Below, one piece after another: positions 44,714 through 54,441 of a stretch of 64,000 nt of DNA. The stretch covers positions 30,282-94,281 of the forward strand of contig JAFTXE010000078.1 in NCBI GenBank assembly GCA_017461745.1, in the 5' to 3' direction. The number at the start of each line of letters is the position of its first letter. Within the stretch, counting starts at the first letter, position 1. The notes below the pieces were generated by a model. The model ran no database searches and was not told where the DNA came from. It worked only from the letters and a program-made list of their open reading frames with translations. The stretch comes from Clostridia bacterium. GTDB lineage: Bacteria; Bacillota; Clostridia; Oscillospirales; CAG-272. Position numbers and translations under genes: made by a program.

Positions 44714-47104
44714 ATGAATTTATCAAGAAATTGGCTTTCCGATTTCGTCGACGTAAGCGACATTTCGGCTAAAGATTATTGCGACAGAATGACTGACACA
44801 GGCTCTAAGGTTGAATGCTTTGAAGAGCTTGGCGCAGATATTGAAAACGTTGTCGTTGCTAAAATACTTAAAATAACTCCTCATGAGAACAGCGACCATC
44901 TTCAGATTTGTCAGGTTGATATCGGTGACAAGGTAGTTCAGATAGTTACGGGCGCTCAGAATATTTTTGAAGGCGCTATAGTACCCGCGGCTATTCCCGT
45001 AGCTAAGCTCCCGGGTGATATTACAATCAAGGCAGGAAAGCTTCGCGGAGTTGAGTCCAACGGTATGCTCTGCTCTATGGGCGAGCTTAACCTTACCGAG
45101 CATGATATGCCCGGCAAAGAGCCTAACGGTATACTCATTCTTGACAACGATTTTGCGGACAAGCTGGGCATGGATATTCGCGATGCTCTTATGCTTAAGG
45201 ACACCGTGGTTGAATTTGAAATAACCTCCAACCGCCCCGACTGTCTCTCTGTTATCGGACTTGCAAGAGAAAGTGCTGTTTCGTTTGAAAGAAAACTGAA
45301 CGTTCCCACTCCTACTGTCAAATGCGTAGACGACGGGGACAAAATAGAAAATCACCTTTCCGTTGCCATTGACGCTCCCGACCTCTGTCAGAAATATATG
45401 GCAAGAGTTGTCAAGAACGTAAAAATACAACCCTCGCCTCTGTGGTTGCGTATGCGTCTGCGCGCAAGCGGTGTAAGACCTATCAACAACATAGTTGACA
45501 TAACGAACTACGTTATGCTTGAATACGGTCAGCCAATGCACGCATTTGACTATAGCTGTCTTGACGGCTCTTCCATAATAGTTCGCCGCGCAGGTGACGG
45601 TGAGAGCTTCATGTCCCTTGACGACCAGGAGCATACGCTTGATTCCTCTATGCTCGTTATTGCAGACAGCAAAAAGGCTGTAGCTCTCGCGGGTGTTATG
45701 GGTGGCGCAAACAGCGAAATAAAGGACAGTACGACCACCGTAGTATTTGAGTCAGCTTGCTTCCTTGGCACTTCCGTTCGTGTTACCGCTAAGAAAAACG
45801 GCATGAGAACCGAAAGCTCCGCTCGTTTTGAGAAGGGACTTGACCCCGAAAACTGCTATGCGGGTCTTGAACGCGCTTGCGAGCTTGTTGAGCTTCTCGG
45901 AGCGGGCGACGTTGTAAACGGCATTATTGACGTTTACCCCGATAAAAAGCCTTTGACAGAGCTTGATTTCAAGCCTGAGGTTATAAATGCTTTTCTTGGA
46001 ACGGATGTTTCTGCTGAGGATATGGCAAATATCCTTACTTCTCTTGAATTTAAGGTTGAAGGCAATAAGATAATTGCTCCTTCCTTCCGCGCCGATATCG
46101 GCTGCATGAACGACGTTGCCGAGGAAATTGCGAGAATTTACGGCTACAACAAGATAAAATCGAGCAGAATCAAAGCGGAAACCACTCAGGGCGGACGTAC
46201 TCCCAAGCAAAAATTCGAGGTTGACGTTGAAAACGCTATGTGCGGAATGGGACTCAATCAAATCGAGACCTTCTCCTTTATCAGTCCCAAGTATTACGAC
46301 AAGATAAGACTTGCAGCAGACAGTACTCTGCGCAAATCAGTGGTTATTTCCAATCCCTTGGGTGAGGATACGAGCGTTATGCGTACCACTACTCTTCCCT
46401 CCATGCTTGAGGTTCTTGCGCGCAACTACAATTACAACAACGCAAACGTAAAGCTCTTTGAGATTGGAAAGGTTTATATTCCTACCACACCCGACAAGCT
46501 CCCCAACGAGAACAAGGTTCTTTCCATTGGTATGTACGGAGATTGCGATTTCTATACCGTTAAGGGTGTTTGCGAAAATATACTTAAAATGGCGGCTATA
46601 AATGAATTTTCCGTAGTTGCTAACCCCGATAACGCTTCCTATCACCCAGGCAGATGCGCTAATATAAGCGTTGGCGACAAGGTAGTCGGAATTTTGGGCG
46701 AGGTTCATCCCTTGACGCTCAGAAATTACGATATCGATACCCCCGTATATGCGGCTGAGCTTGATTTCGACGCAATATTCGAGCTTATGAATCCCAATAA
46801 GCTCTACACTCCTCTGCCCAAGTATCCCGCAACCACACGTGATTTCTCCTTCGTCTGTGAGGAAGCTCTTGAGGTTGGAACAATATTTGCTGAGGCAAAG
46901 AAGGCGGGCGGAAAGCTCGTTGAGGACGTTAGTCTGTTTGATATATACAGAGGTCCTCAGGTTGGCGAAAACAAGAAGTCGGTATCCATAAGAGTAACGC
47001 TCCGCGCATCTGACAGAACTCTTACCGTTGAAGAAGCTGAAAAAGCAGGAGCTAAAATTCTTAAAGCTCTTGAGGCTCAGCTTGGAATTACACTGAGAAT
47101 GTAA
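44714..47104 (+). CDS. pheT: Phenylalanine--tRNA ligase beta subunit
   Basis: N-terminal tRNA-binding domain (NLSRNWLSDFV), B3/4, B5 and C-terminal FDX-ACB domains by pattern. 796 aa. Confidence 0.95.
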   Translation: MNLSRNWLSDFVDVSDISAKDYCDRMTDTGSKVECFEELGADIENVVVAKILKITPHENSDHLQICQVDIGDKVVQIVTGAQNIFEGAIVPAAIPVAKLPGDITIKAGKLRGVESNGMLCSMGELNLTEHDMPGKEPNGILILDNDFADKLGMDIRDALMLKDTVVEFEITSNRPDCLSVIGLARESAVSFERKLNVPTPTVKCVDDGDKIENHLSVAIDAPDLCQKYMARVVKNVKIQPSPLWLRMRLRASGVRPINNIVDITNYVMLEYGQPMHAFDYSCLDGSSIIVRRAGDGESFMSLDDQEHTLDSSMLVIADSKKAVALAGVMGGANSEIKDSTTTVVFESACFLGTSVRVTAKKNGMRTESSARFEKGLDPENCYAGLERACELVELLGAGDVVNGIIDVYPDKKPLTELDFKPEVINAFLGTDVSAEDMANILTSLEFKVEGNKIIAPSFRADIGCMNDVAEEIARIYGYNKIKSSRIKAETTQGGRTPKQKFEVDVENAMCGMGLNQIETFSFISPKYYDKIRLAADSTLRKSVVISNPLGEDTSVMRTTTLPSMLEVLARNYNYNNANVKLFEIGKVYIPTTPDKLPNENKVLSIGMYGDCDFYTVKGVCENILKMAAINEFSVVANPDNASYHPGRCANISVGDKVVGILGEVHPLTLRNYDIDTPVYAAELDFDAIFELMNPNKLYTPLPKYPATTRDFSFVCEEALEVGTIFAEAKKAGGKLVEDVSLFDIYRGPQVGENKKSVSIRVTLRASDRTLTVEEAEKAGAKILKALEAQLGITLRM

Positions 47105-47116
47105 TTGGTGTATCTT

Positions 47117-47320
47117 ATGGAAAAAGAGAAAATCGACAGAATCAACGAGCTGGCGAGAAAATCAAAGCTCTCGCCACTGAGTGATGAAGAAAAGGCGGAG
47201 CAAGCAGAGCTCAGACAGCAATATATTAAGGAAATACGAGCTTCCTTTGGCGCAACTCTTGACAACACGGTCATTCAATATCCCGACGGTTCAAGAAAGA
47301 GCCTGAAAAAAGACAAATAA
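47117..47320 (+). CDS. DUF896/UPF0291 family protein (YnzC-like)
   Basis: IDRINELARKSK...LSDEEKAEQAELRQQYIKEIRASF is collinear with B. subtilis YnzC. Confidence 0.8.
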   Translation: MEKEKIDRINELARKSKLSPLSDEEKAEQAELRQQYIKEIRASFGATLDNTVIQYPDGSRKSLKKDK

Positions 47321-47325
47321 AAATC

Positions 47326-47353
47326 ACGGCTGTTGCTTTTTTAGCAACAGCCG
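47326..47353. terminator. Bidirectional intrinsic terminator
   Basis: ACGGCTGTTGCT-TTTTT-AGCAACAGCCGT, flanked by an A-run and a T-run. Confidence 0.85.
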
Positions 47354-47364
47354 TTTGATTTATA

Positions 47365-47841
47365 TTACTTTTTTACAGCACTCCATGCGCAAATCAATTT
47401 TTCCAAATTCCATGCGGCATTTGCGGGTGACGTTGAGGGCAGACAGATCGCTTCTCTTTTAAGCGTGTCCCTGAGATAAGTATTATAGTACTTATACGCC
47501 GTTTTCCCGTTAACGAATATTTCTTCAATATTTGATTGCTCAAGTATAGTATTTAAATTATTTGGCACTACGTTTTTTATCGAGCTATCGGAGCTTCCTT
47601 CAATATCGCAAGAGGCTATTACATCCCAAAGCGCAATTTTGTGATCTAACAGAAAGCTTCGTTTTTCTTGAATGCTTTTGGGAACGCGCTCCGCAAAAAC
47701 GCCTGCAAGCACCTTCCAGAATCTGTTTTGCGGGTGACCGTAAAAAAACATTTCCTCTCTTGATTTTACGGACGGAAAGCTACCTAATATCAATACTTTT
47801 GAATTGTTGTCATATACTGGCGCTATTGGATGTTCAACCAT
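47365..47841 (-). CDS. DNA-deoxyinosine (hypoxanthine) glycosylase, UDG superfamily
   Basis: ILGSFPSVKSRE..FYGHPQNRFW ... LPSTSPANA. The start is the ATG at 47841 (AAAGGAG RBS). Confidence 0.7.
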   Translation of the reverse strand: MVEHPIAPVYDNNSKVLILGSFPSVKSREEMFFYGHPQNRFWKVLAGVFAERVPKSIQEKRSFLLDHKIALWDVIASCDIEGSSDSSIKNVVPNNLNTILEQSNIEEIFVNGKTAYKYYNTYLRDTLKREAICLPSTSPANAAWNLEKLICAWSAVKK

Positions 47842-47959
47842 ACGTACTCCTTTGAAAAAAGTAAAAAATTTCGAGTTCTTCAAGCTATCTCATCTCCCTG
47901 CTACAACAGTACTTTTTTCAGTAAACCTTTCCTTACGTATTTTTTTGTTTTATTATATC

Positions 47960-47988
47960 TTGACAAATTCGTAAAATGGTGGTATAAT
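47960..47988 (+). promoter_or_regulatory. Near-consensus sigma-A promoter driving the structured RNA/leader
   Basis: TTGACA (47960-47965), 17 nt, TGGTATAAT (47980-47988). Confidence 0.65.
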
Positions 47989-47994
47989 AGGCAT

Positions 47995-48203
47995 GCTGAA
48001 CTAATTAAATATTAAAATTGGCATAGTTTTCTCACGAGGGGGATATTATACCTTTTTCGACATTTCAATTTTTTTGAATTTGGTAAAAATGCAAATTCCA
48101 CAAATTGAGATGAAGAAACTATTTCCATTTTAATTTAGATTAGTTCAGCGACTATCGGAGTTTGCGTTTTTCGGTGCGTGACTTCGATGTCGCGCACTTT
48201 TTT
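47995..48203 (+). ncRNA. Candidate structured RNA: a 155-nt rod-like fold plus intrinsic terminator. It could be an independent sRNA or a cis-regulatory leader of the downstream lipoprotein gene.
   Basis: Nested helices: 47995-48005/48139-48149, 48011-48021/48125-48134, 48023-48032/48114-48122, 48061-48071/48102-48112 and 48076-48082/48092-48098. A 28-nt one-sided bulge lies at 48033-48060. Terminator GTGCGTGAC-TTCGAT-GTCGCGCAC plus T6 is at 48174-48203. Confidence 0.5.
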
Positions 48204-48271
48204 ATTTTCCGCATATAAAAGTGGGCAGATACATAAATACCGAAGAAAAAATATTTTACGGAGGTTTTTCT

Positions 48272-49006
48272 ATGAAAAAAATTTTTGCTTTAATGACGCT
48301 GATTGCCATGTCCTTAACGCTTCTTATCTCCTGCGGTACCGTTGAAGAAACACCCGCACAGACCGAGTGTACGCACGAGTTTAAGGACGCTACGTGTACC
48401 ACACCCAAAACCTGCTCAAAATGCGGAGAGACTGAGGGAGATGTTATTGCCCACACAATTGAGAACGGCGCTTGTCCCACCTGCGGTGCGTCTTTGTTTG
48501 AAGTTATGAAGCTTTGGGACGAAAAGCCTGGCAAATCTTCCAACAGTGACCCTGTATACGCTCATTATAATGTGAACGATGATCGATTTGAGTTTGGTAG
48601 CGGCAGGGCTATTGAGTTTGGACAGGAGTATAACATTACGGGCGTTTCCAATCCTGTATTTGAATATCAAGCAGGAGGTTCGCTTATAATCACTCGCGAG
48701 GGGATTGAAAATAAAACTTATGTATGGGAATTGGTCGTACAAAAATACGATGTTGATGGTCATGCTTACCATAAAATGACAATAACGGGCACTTTAGACG
48801 CGTCAAATTTTTCAGAGGATTCTGTTCTGCATATGAAGTCATTTTCAGACCCTTTTAATGTTGGCTTGACAGAAGATCAAGCGGAAGAATACGTCTCGAA
48901 ATATGCCACACCCCTTATATGGAGCGCCGTTACAGGAAGCTTTGCGGAATTCCTTTCAGCGAATGGCGAAACTCCAACCGTTCTGGGCTTTTCAAATTAT
49001 AAATAA
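48272..49006 (+). CDS. Lipoprotein with an N-terminal Cys-rich module, unknown function
   Basis: The ATG at 48272 (GGAGG RBS) gives the lipobox LTLLISC. The module is ATCTTPKTCSKCGETEGDVIAH..CPTCG. Confidence 0.65.
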   Translation: MKKIFALMTLIAMSLTLLISCGTVEETPAQTECTHEFKDATCTTPKTCSKCGETEGDVIAHTIENGACPTCGASLFEVMKLWDEKPGKSSNSDPVYAHYNVNDDRFEFGSGRAIEFGQEYNITGVSNPVFEYQAGGSLIITREGIENKTYVWELVVQKYDVDGHAYHKMTITGTLDASNFSEDSVLHMKSFSDPFNVGLTEDQAEEYVSKYATPLIWSAVTGSFAEFLSANGETPTVLGFSNYK

Positions 49007-49063
49007 ACAAAACAATTTGAAAAAGTAGCTCGTTAAAGTCGTGCTATAGAAGATAGTTTTGTA

Positions 49064-49108
49064 ATAATACGGCATATCTCAAAGGAGATATGCCGTATTA
49101 TTATTTTA
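49064..49108 (+). terminator. Intrinsic terminator
   Basis: AATAATACGGCATATCTC-AAAG-GAGATATGCCGTATTATT followed by ATTTT. Confidence 0.85.
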
Positions 49109-49211
49109 CATTATGTAGGGACAACTCCGCAAAATATTGGCTGTTGCGTATGCGACAGGACAGATACGTGCCTTTTTCTTTATCTAAAAAGACTTTCAAA
49201 TTTCTATAAAA

Positions 49212-49243
49212 AGCAAAACACCCGAGCTATTTGCTCGGGCGCT
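49212..49243 (-). terminator. Intrinsic terminator of tRNA-Leu
   Basis: Minus strand: GCGCCCGAGCAAATAGCTCGGGTG followed by TTTTGCTTTTT. Confidence 0.8.
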
Positions 49244-49246
49244 TTT

Positions 49247-49330
49247 TGGTGCGAGAAACGGGACTTGAACCCGTACGGTGTAACCACACGCCCCTCAAAC
49301 GTGCGCGTCTGCCAGTTCCGCCACTCTCGC
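49247..49330 (-). tRNA. tRNA-Leu (anticodon GAG), class II with a long variable arm and encoded CCA
   Basis: Manual fold. Acceptor GCGAGAG/TTCTCGC. Anticodon stem CACGT/GCGTG with loop TTGAGGG. T-arm ACGGG-TTCAAGT-CCCGT. 3' ACCA. Confidence 0.9.
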
Positions 49331-49358
49331 ATTCGTTACCTCAGCGGCAACATATAAT

Positions 49359-49386
49359 ATTATACTCTTTTTTTCAAAAAAGTCAA
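49359..49386 (-). promoter_or_regulatory. Sigma-A promoter of tRNA-Leu
   Basis: Minus strand: TTGACT, 16 nt, TATAAT, about 25 nt upstream of the mature 5' end. Confidence 0.6.
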
Positions 49387-49579
49387 TACCTTTTTCGCAT
49401 TTTTTTTGAAAATAAACGATTTTTTTCATTGATAACAAAAAGACTTGAGTTTTATGGCGTTTTTATGGTTATTTTTCCGTCTTTATTCTCTTATGTATCC
49501 AATACCGTAATATACATAAGTCAAGCGCGTCGTAAATAATATATATTTGAACTTAAAAAATCTATTTACGGAGTTTTTT

Positions 49580-50164
49580 ATGAAAGCCACGCATCTCAAG
49601 ATCAAATTCGGTTTTTTTGCTGTTTTTATGCTCTGCGCATTGGCTATTGCCTCTCCTCAATATTTTCCCGCGCTTATTTGCTCGGTAGCGATTCACGAGA
49701 GCGGGCATATAATTATGGCGCGGATTTGCAAAGTACCCTTATACGAATTAAAATTAGGCATCTTCGGCGCGGCTCTTTCTCTTGCAGACAATGTTTTTTC
49801 ATACAAAAGCGAAATTTTGATTTGCTCGGGCGGACCGATATTCAATTTTATTTCCGCATTCGTTGTCTGGCGATTCATTACCGTATTTGATACCTCTTTG
49901 TTCGTTATGTCTTCAATCGCCCTGGGCGCTCTCAATATGTTACCTATCGTCAGCTTTGACGGCGGACGGATATTAAGCTCCGTTCTTCACATGATATTTT
50001 CAGTTCGTTTATGTGAAATTCTGTGCAAGCTCATATCGTTTATTTTTATTTTTCTTTTATGGAGCTTATCGGTATATCTGCTTATCAAAGTCGGAGCATC
50101 GCTCACGCTATTCGTTTTTTCAGCATCTACGTTCGCAAAAATATTCATTCCCGACGCGCTATGA
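49580..50164 (+). CDS. M50-family site-2 metalloprotease (SpoIVFB-like, short form)
   Basis: HExxH (AIHESGHIIMA) within a TM helix, and the NxxPxxxxDG motif (LNMLPIVSFDGGRIL). ATG at 49580 with an ACGGAG RBS. Confidence 0.75.
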   Translation: MKATHLKIKFGFFAVFMLCALAIASPQYFPALICSVAIHESGHIIMARICKVPLYELKLGIFGAALSLADNVFSYKSEILICSGGPIFNFISAFVVWRFITVFDTSLFVMSSIALGALNMLPIVSFDGGRILSSVLHMIFSVRLCEILCKLISFIFIFLLWSLSVYLLIKVGASLTLFVFSASTFAKIFIPDAL

Positions 50165-50314
50165 CCTTACAAATCACTTAGCGCAGAATTGTGAGATTTT
50201 CAAAGTTTTGAGGAGAAAAAACGAGGTTTTCCGTAAAAAATTCCATTTTAATCGATTTAATTAAGGTTTTCGCCGTTTTTTGCGAAAATTTTAAGAAAAA
50301 TTTTGAAAAATATA

Positions 50315-50343
50315 TTGCATTTTCGGCGATTATCTGTTACAAT
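50315..50343 (+). promoter_or_regulatory. Sigma-A promoter of the pot operon
   Basis: TTGCAT, 17 nt, TGTTACAAT. Confidence 0.55.
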
Positions 50344-50420
50344 ATTCGTATTGATATTTTTCAGAAGAAATATCAATGCTTTTTTGGTTTAATTTTTTCT
50401 TGAAGGAGTTTTTATGTGGA

Positions 50421-51542
50421 ATGAAAAAAAAGCTGATAGAGCTAAAAAATATTTGTAAGGCGTTCGACGGTGAACAGGTACTTTCAAACGTTGACCTTTA
50501 CATTAACGACCATGAGTTTATAACGTTGCTCGGTCCTTCGGGCTGCGGAAAAACCACCACGCTGAGAATTATCGGCGGCTTTGAGACGCCCGACGAGGGT
50601 GAGCTGTTATTTGAGGGACAGAAGATAAACGACGTTCCCGCATACCGCAGAAACGTCAACACGGTCTTTCAGAGATACGCGCTCTTTCCCCATCTCAACG
50701 TATACGATAATATCGCATTCGGTCTGAGAGTAAAAAAGGTAAAGGAGCAGGAGATATCCGAGCGTGTTTCGGAAATGCTGTCTTTAGTTAATCTTAAGGG
50801 CTTTGAAAAGCGCAACGTTTCCCTTCTCTCAGGAGGTCAGCAGCAAAGGGTCGCAATTGCACGAGCACTTATAAATCAGCCTGAGGTGCTTCTTCTGGAC
50901 GAGCCTCTCGCCGCTCTTGACCTTAAGCTTCGCAAGGACATGCAGGTCGAGCTTAAAAATATTCAAACCAAAACGGGCATTACGTTTATCTACGTTACTC
51001 ACGACCAGGAGGAAGCTCTCTCTATGTCTGACACCGTAGTCGTAATGGCTGACGGTAAAATACAGCAGATAGGCACGCCTATTGATATTTACAACGAGCC
51101 GATAAACGCTTTCGTTGCGGACTTTATCGGTGAATCCAATATTCTTGACGGCGTTATGCTCAGCGACTACAAGGTTAGATTTGCGTCGCACACCTTTGAG
51201 TGTCTGGACAAGGGCTTTGCTCAGAACGAGCAGGTTGACGTTGTCGTACGTCCCGAGGACGTTGACGTCGTTCCCGTTGAAAAGGGTATGCTCTCAGGTA
51301 TCGTTACCTCGGTTACCTTCAAGGGTGTTCACTACGAGATAATCGTCGATATAGGCGGATTTAAGTGGATGATACAGACCACCGATTACGTCGCTCCCGA
51401 CGCTCTTATCGGTATCTACATAGAGCCCGACGCTATTCACGTCATGAAGAAATCCGAGTATTCCAATATGTTCGGTGACTATTCCACCTTCTCGGATGAG
51501 ATCGATCATCTTTCCGACGTTACGGAGGACGAAGAAGAATGA
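50421..51542 (+). CDS. potA: Spermidine/putrescine ABC transporter ATP-binding protein
   Basis: [24 protein letters not shown] and [11 protein letters not shown], plus a C-terminal TOBE-like domain. ATG at 50421. Confidence 0.9.
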   Translation: MKKKLIELKNICKAFDGEQVLSNVDLYINDHEFITLLGPSGCGKTTTLRIIGGFETPDEGELLFEGQKINDVPAYRRNVNTVFQRYALFPHLNVYDNIAFGLRVKKVKEQEISERVSEMLSLVNLKGFEKRNVSLLSGGQQQRVAIARALINQPEVLLLDEPLAALDLKLRKDMQVELKNIQTKTGITFIYVTHDQEEALSMSDTVVVMADGKIQQIGTPIDIYNEPINAFVADFIGESNILDGVMLSDYKVRFASHTFECLDKGFAQNEQVDVVVRPEDVDVVPVEKGMLSGIVTSVTFKGVHYEIIVDIGGFKWMIQTTDYVAPDALIGIYIEPDAIHVMKKSEYSNMFGDYSTFSDEIDHLSDVTEDEEE

Positions 51543-52396
51543 CGCATAGCTCCAAGACACGAAAAAGCAATATGTCGCTGTTGCAGCGCTACGCTGCTGC
51601 GCCGCACATCGTCTGGTCCGTTCTTTTTATAATTGTTCCGCTTATATTCGTGGGATATTATGCGTTCACAGACGTTTCTACGGGCGAATTTACCTTTTCA
51701 AATATTTCCGCGTTCTTTACAAAGGAATATTTGCTGATATTCGGAAAATCGGTAAAGCTCGCTCTTATCGCTACCGCGATATGCTTGGTGCTCGGTTACC
51801 CGATTGCGTATTTTATGACCAACTGCAAGCCAAAAACCCAGCGTCTTCTTATGATTCTTATAATGCTCCCTATATGGATGAACTTTCTTATAAGAACTTA
51901 CGCGCTGATGACGCTTTTGCAGGACACGGGTATTATCAACACATTTCTATCCAAGCTCGGACTTCCGACTATGCATATACTCGGAACTGAGACGGCAGTT
52001 GTCATCGGAATGGTCTACGACTATCTTCCTTATATGATACTCCCCATATACTCGGTCATGTCAAAAATGGATCACCGCTTAGTTGAAGCGGCATCCGACC
52101 TCGGCTGTAACAGCTTTGGGGTAATTCGCAAGGTTATATTCCCATTGAGTCTTTCAGGAGTTATTTCGGGAATAACCATGGTTTTCGTTCCGTCCATAAG
52201 CACCTTCTATATCTCACAGAAGCTTGGCGGTGTTGACACACTGCTTATCGGTGACGCCATAGAACAGCATTACACGGCTGCAAATTACAACATGACCGCT
52301 TCCCTTTCCTTCGTTCTTATGTTAATTCTTATCGTCGGACTCGCTATAGTGAATCACTATACTGACAGCGACGAGGGAGGAGGTATGCTCATATGA
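51539..52396 (+). CDS. potB: Spermidine/putrescine ABC transporter permease
   Basis: Six TM segments with the EAA loop [21 protein letters not shown]. The start overlaps the potA stop. Confidence 0.88.
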   Translation: MTHSSKTRKSNMSLLQRYAAAPHIVWSVLFIIVPLIFVGYYAFTDVSTGEFTFSNISAFFTKEYLLIFGKSVKLALIATAICLVLGYPIAYFMTNCKPKTQRLLMILIMLPIWMNFLIRTYALMTLLQDTGIINTFLSKLGLPTMHILGTETAVVIGMVYDYLPYMILPIYSVMSKMDHRLVEAASDLGCNSFGVIRKVIFPLSLSGVISGITMVFVPSISTFYISQKLGGVDTLLIGDAIEQHYTAANYNMTASLSFVLMLILIVGLAIVNHYTDSDEGGGMLI

Positions 52397-54432
52397 AAAA
52401 ATTCTCTAATTTTTACATAGGACTTATTCTCTTTTTACTCTTTGCCCCTATTGCCGTTATGATATTTTTCTCCTTCAACGAGGGAAAAAGCACGGCGGTA
52501 TTCACGGGATTTTCGCTCAAATGGTACATGGAGCTGCTGAAGAGTAGCGAAATGCTGAACGCACTTAAAAATTCGCTTATTCTTGCTATTGCTTCATCAA
52601 TGATAGCCACGGTTATCGGAACTATGGCGGCATTCGGCATACACCGTATGAAGAACAAATATACCCGTCAATCAATTATGACGGTAACCAATATTCCGAT
52701 AATGAACCCCGAGATCATAACGGGTATTTCCCTTATGTTTCTGTTCGTTTTCGTAGGCGGACTTCTCGGACTTACAACCAAGCTGAATTTCTGGACTATG
52801 CTGATAGCGCACGTTACGTTCTGCTTACCGTACGTTATCCTCAACGTCCTTCCAAAATTCAAGCAGATGCCCAATGCCCTTCCCGAAGCGGCTATGGACC
52901 TCGGTTGCACTCCGTTCCAAGCGTTCTTCAAGGTTCAGCTTCCCGCCATTATGCCAGGTGTGATAACGGGACTCATCATGTCGTTCACGCTGTCTCTTGA
53001 CGACTTCGTCATAAGCTATTTTACGTCGGGAACGGATTTCCAGACCTTACCCGTGCTCATATACAGCATGACCAAAAAGTCTGTAAAGCCTACGATATAC
53101 GCGCTTTCGACTATAGTATTTATCATCATTCTCATTCTTCTGCTTATATCCAACAGAGAAAAGTCCTCCTACGAGCGACTTGAGGCTAAGAAAGCTAAGG
53201 CGGAAAAGAAGAGACAAGAGGCAATAAAGAACGCCAAGAAGGCTGCCGCGCAAAAGACCAAGGTCAAGGTCACCGCGCCCAAAGCGCCCAAAAGACATAC
53301 CGTTTCTCCAAAGCTTACCAAAATCATCGCGCTTGTTTGTACGCTTGCGATAATCGTTACCTTCTGCGTCGTTTTAAACATCGCATCGAAGGAGACCGTT
53401 ACGCTTAACGTATACAACTGGGGTGAATACATTTCAGACGGCTCTGACGACTCCTTAGACGTCAATAAGGCGTTTGAGGACTACTGTAAGAATACGCTTG
53501 GAATAAACGCAAAGGTCAACTACGTAACCTATACGTCTAACGAGGACCTTTACGCAAAGCTATCAACCGAGGCTGTAAGCTACGACGTCATAATTCCTTC
53601 GGATTATATGATTGCGAGACTTGCATCCGAGGGACTTTTGCAAGAGCTTAATTTTGATAACATTCCAAATTACGAGCTTTGCATAGATGACAGCTTCAAG
53701 GGCTTATATTACGATCCCGACAACAAATACTCCGTTCCGTACACCTATGGAATGGTCGGAGTTATTTACGACGCCAATGTTGTTGACGAAGATGACGTCG
53801 GTGATTGGGATTTGATGTGGAATGAGAAGTACAAGGGCGAAATATTACAGTTCAATAATGCCCGCGACGCGTTTGGTACAGCGTTTTACAAGCTTGGACT
53901 TGACGTCAACACCACCGACACGAAGATGTGGGATGCAGGTCTTGCAGAGCTTCAAAAGCAGACTCCTCTGCTATATAAGCGAGTCATGGACGAGGTATAC
54001 AACATGATGGAGACCGGCGAGGCTTCTATCGCGGCGTATTATGCTGGTGACTATTTGACAATGGTCGAAAATCAGGCAGACAATATCGATCTGCAATTCT
54101 ACTATCCCGAAAACACTAACCTTTTCGTTGACGCAATGTGTATTCCCTCATGCGCTCAAAACAAGGAGCTTGCTGAAGAATACATCAACTTTATGCTCAG
54201 CGAGGAGGCGGCTATTGCCAATGCGGAATATATTTGTTACGCATCCCCTAACAAGCTGGTTTATGAGAGCGAGGTCTACAAGGAGGATATGGGTGAGGAT
54301 GCATTTGATATTCTTTATCCCACTGACTTCGATTTTGCCGATAAATACGATGCAAACTGCTACAAGGACCTTGACAAGAAGACCAAGGAATATATCAATT
54401 CCCTTTGGAACAGACTTACTATAACCTCATAA
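52393..54432 (+). CDS. potCD: Fusion of the PotC permease with a PotD-type polyamine-binding domain, joined by a Lys-rich linker and an extra TM helix
   Basis: aa 1-~255: permease with EAA loop EAAMDLGCTPFQAFFKVQLP. aa ~260-300: KAKAEKKRQEAIKNAKKAAAQKTKVK. TM helix IIALVCTLAIIVTFCVVL. Then the PotD pattern LNVYNWGEYI..YDVIIPSDYM..EGLLQELN. Confidence 0.85.
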   Translation: MKKFSNFYIGLILFLLFAPIAVMIFFSFNEGKSTAVFTGFSLKWYMELLKSSEMLNALKNSLILAIASSMIATVIGTMAAFGIHRMKNKYTRQSIMTVTNIPIMNPEIITGISLMFLFVFVGGLLGLTTKLNFWTMLIAHVTFCLPYVILNVLPKFKQMPNALPEAAMDLGCTPFQAFFKVQLPAIMPGVITGLIMSFTLSLDDFVISYFTSGTDFQTLPVLIYSMTKKSVKPTIYALSTIVFIIILILLLISNREKSSYERLEAKKAKAEKKRQEAIKNAKKAAAQKTKVKVTAPKAPKRHTVSPKLTKIIALVCTLAIIVTFCVVLNIASKETVTLNVYNWGEYISDGSDDSLDVNKAFEDYCKNTLGINAKVNYVTYTSNEDLYAKLSTEAVSYDVIIPSDYMIARLASEGLLQELNFDNIPNYELCIDDSFKGLYYDPDNKYSVPYTYGMVGVIYDANVVDEDDVGDWDLMWNEKYKGEILQFNNARDAFGTAFYKLGLDVNTTDTKMWDAGLAELQKQTPLLYKRVMDEVYNMMETGEASIAAYYAGDYLTMVENQADNIDLQFYYPENTNLFVDAMCIPSCAQNKELAEEYINFMLSEEAAIANAEYICYASPNKLVYESEVYKEDMGEDAFDILYPTDFDFADKYDANCYKDLDKKTKEYINSLWNRLTITS

Positions 54433-54441
54433 AGCACTTTT

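Noticed and set aside
47995-48149. 6S RNA identity for the rod-like RNA
   Set aside because: The length and rod shape are suggestive. But the large internal loop is one-sided (28 nt on the 5' strand against about 1 nt on the 3' strand), unlike the two-sided central bubble of 6S RNA. A terminator-plus-downstream-gene layout fits a leader equally well. I left it as unclassified.
49231-49539. 102-aa plus-strand ORF
   Set aside because: It overlaps the minus-strand tRNA-Leu and its promoter, has no RBS, and is low-complexity. Spurious.
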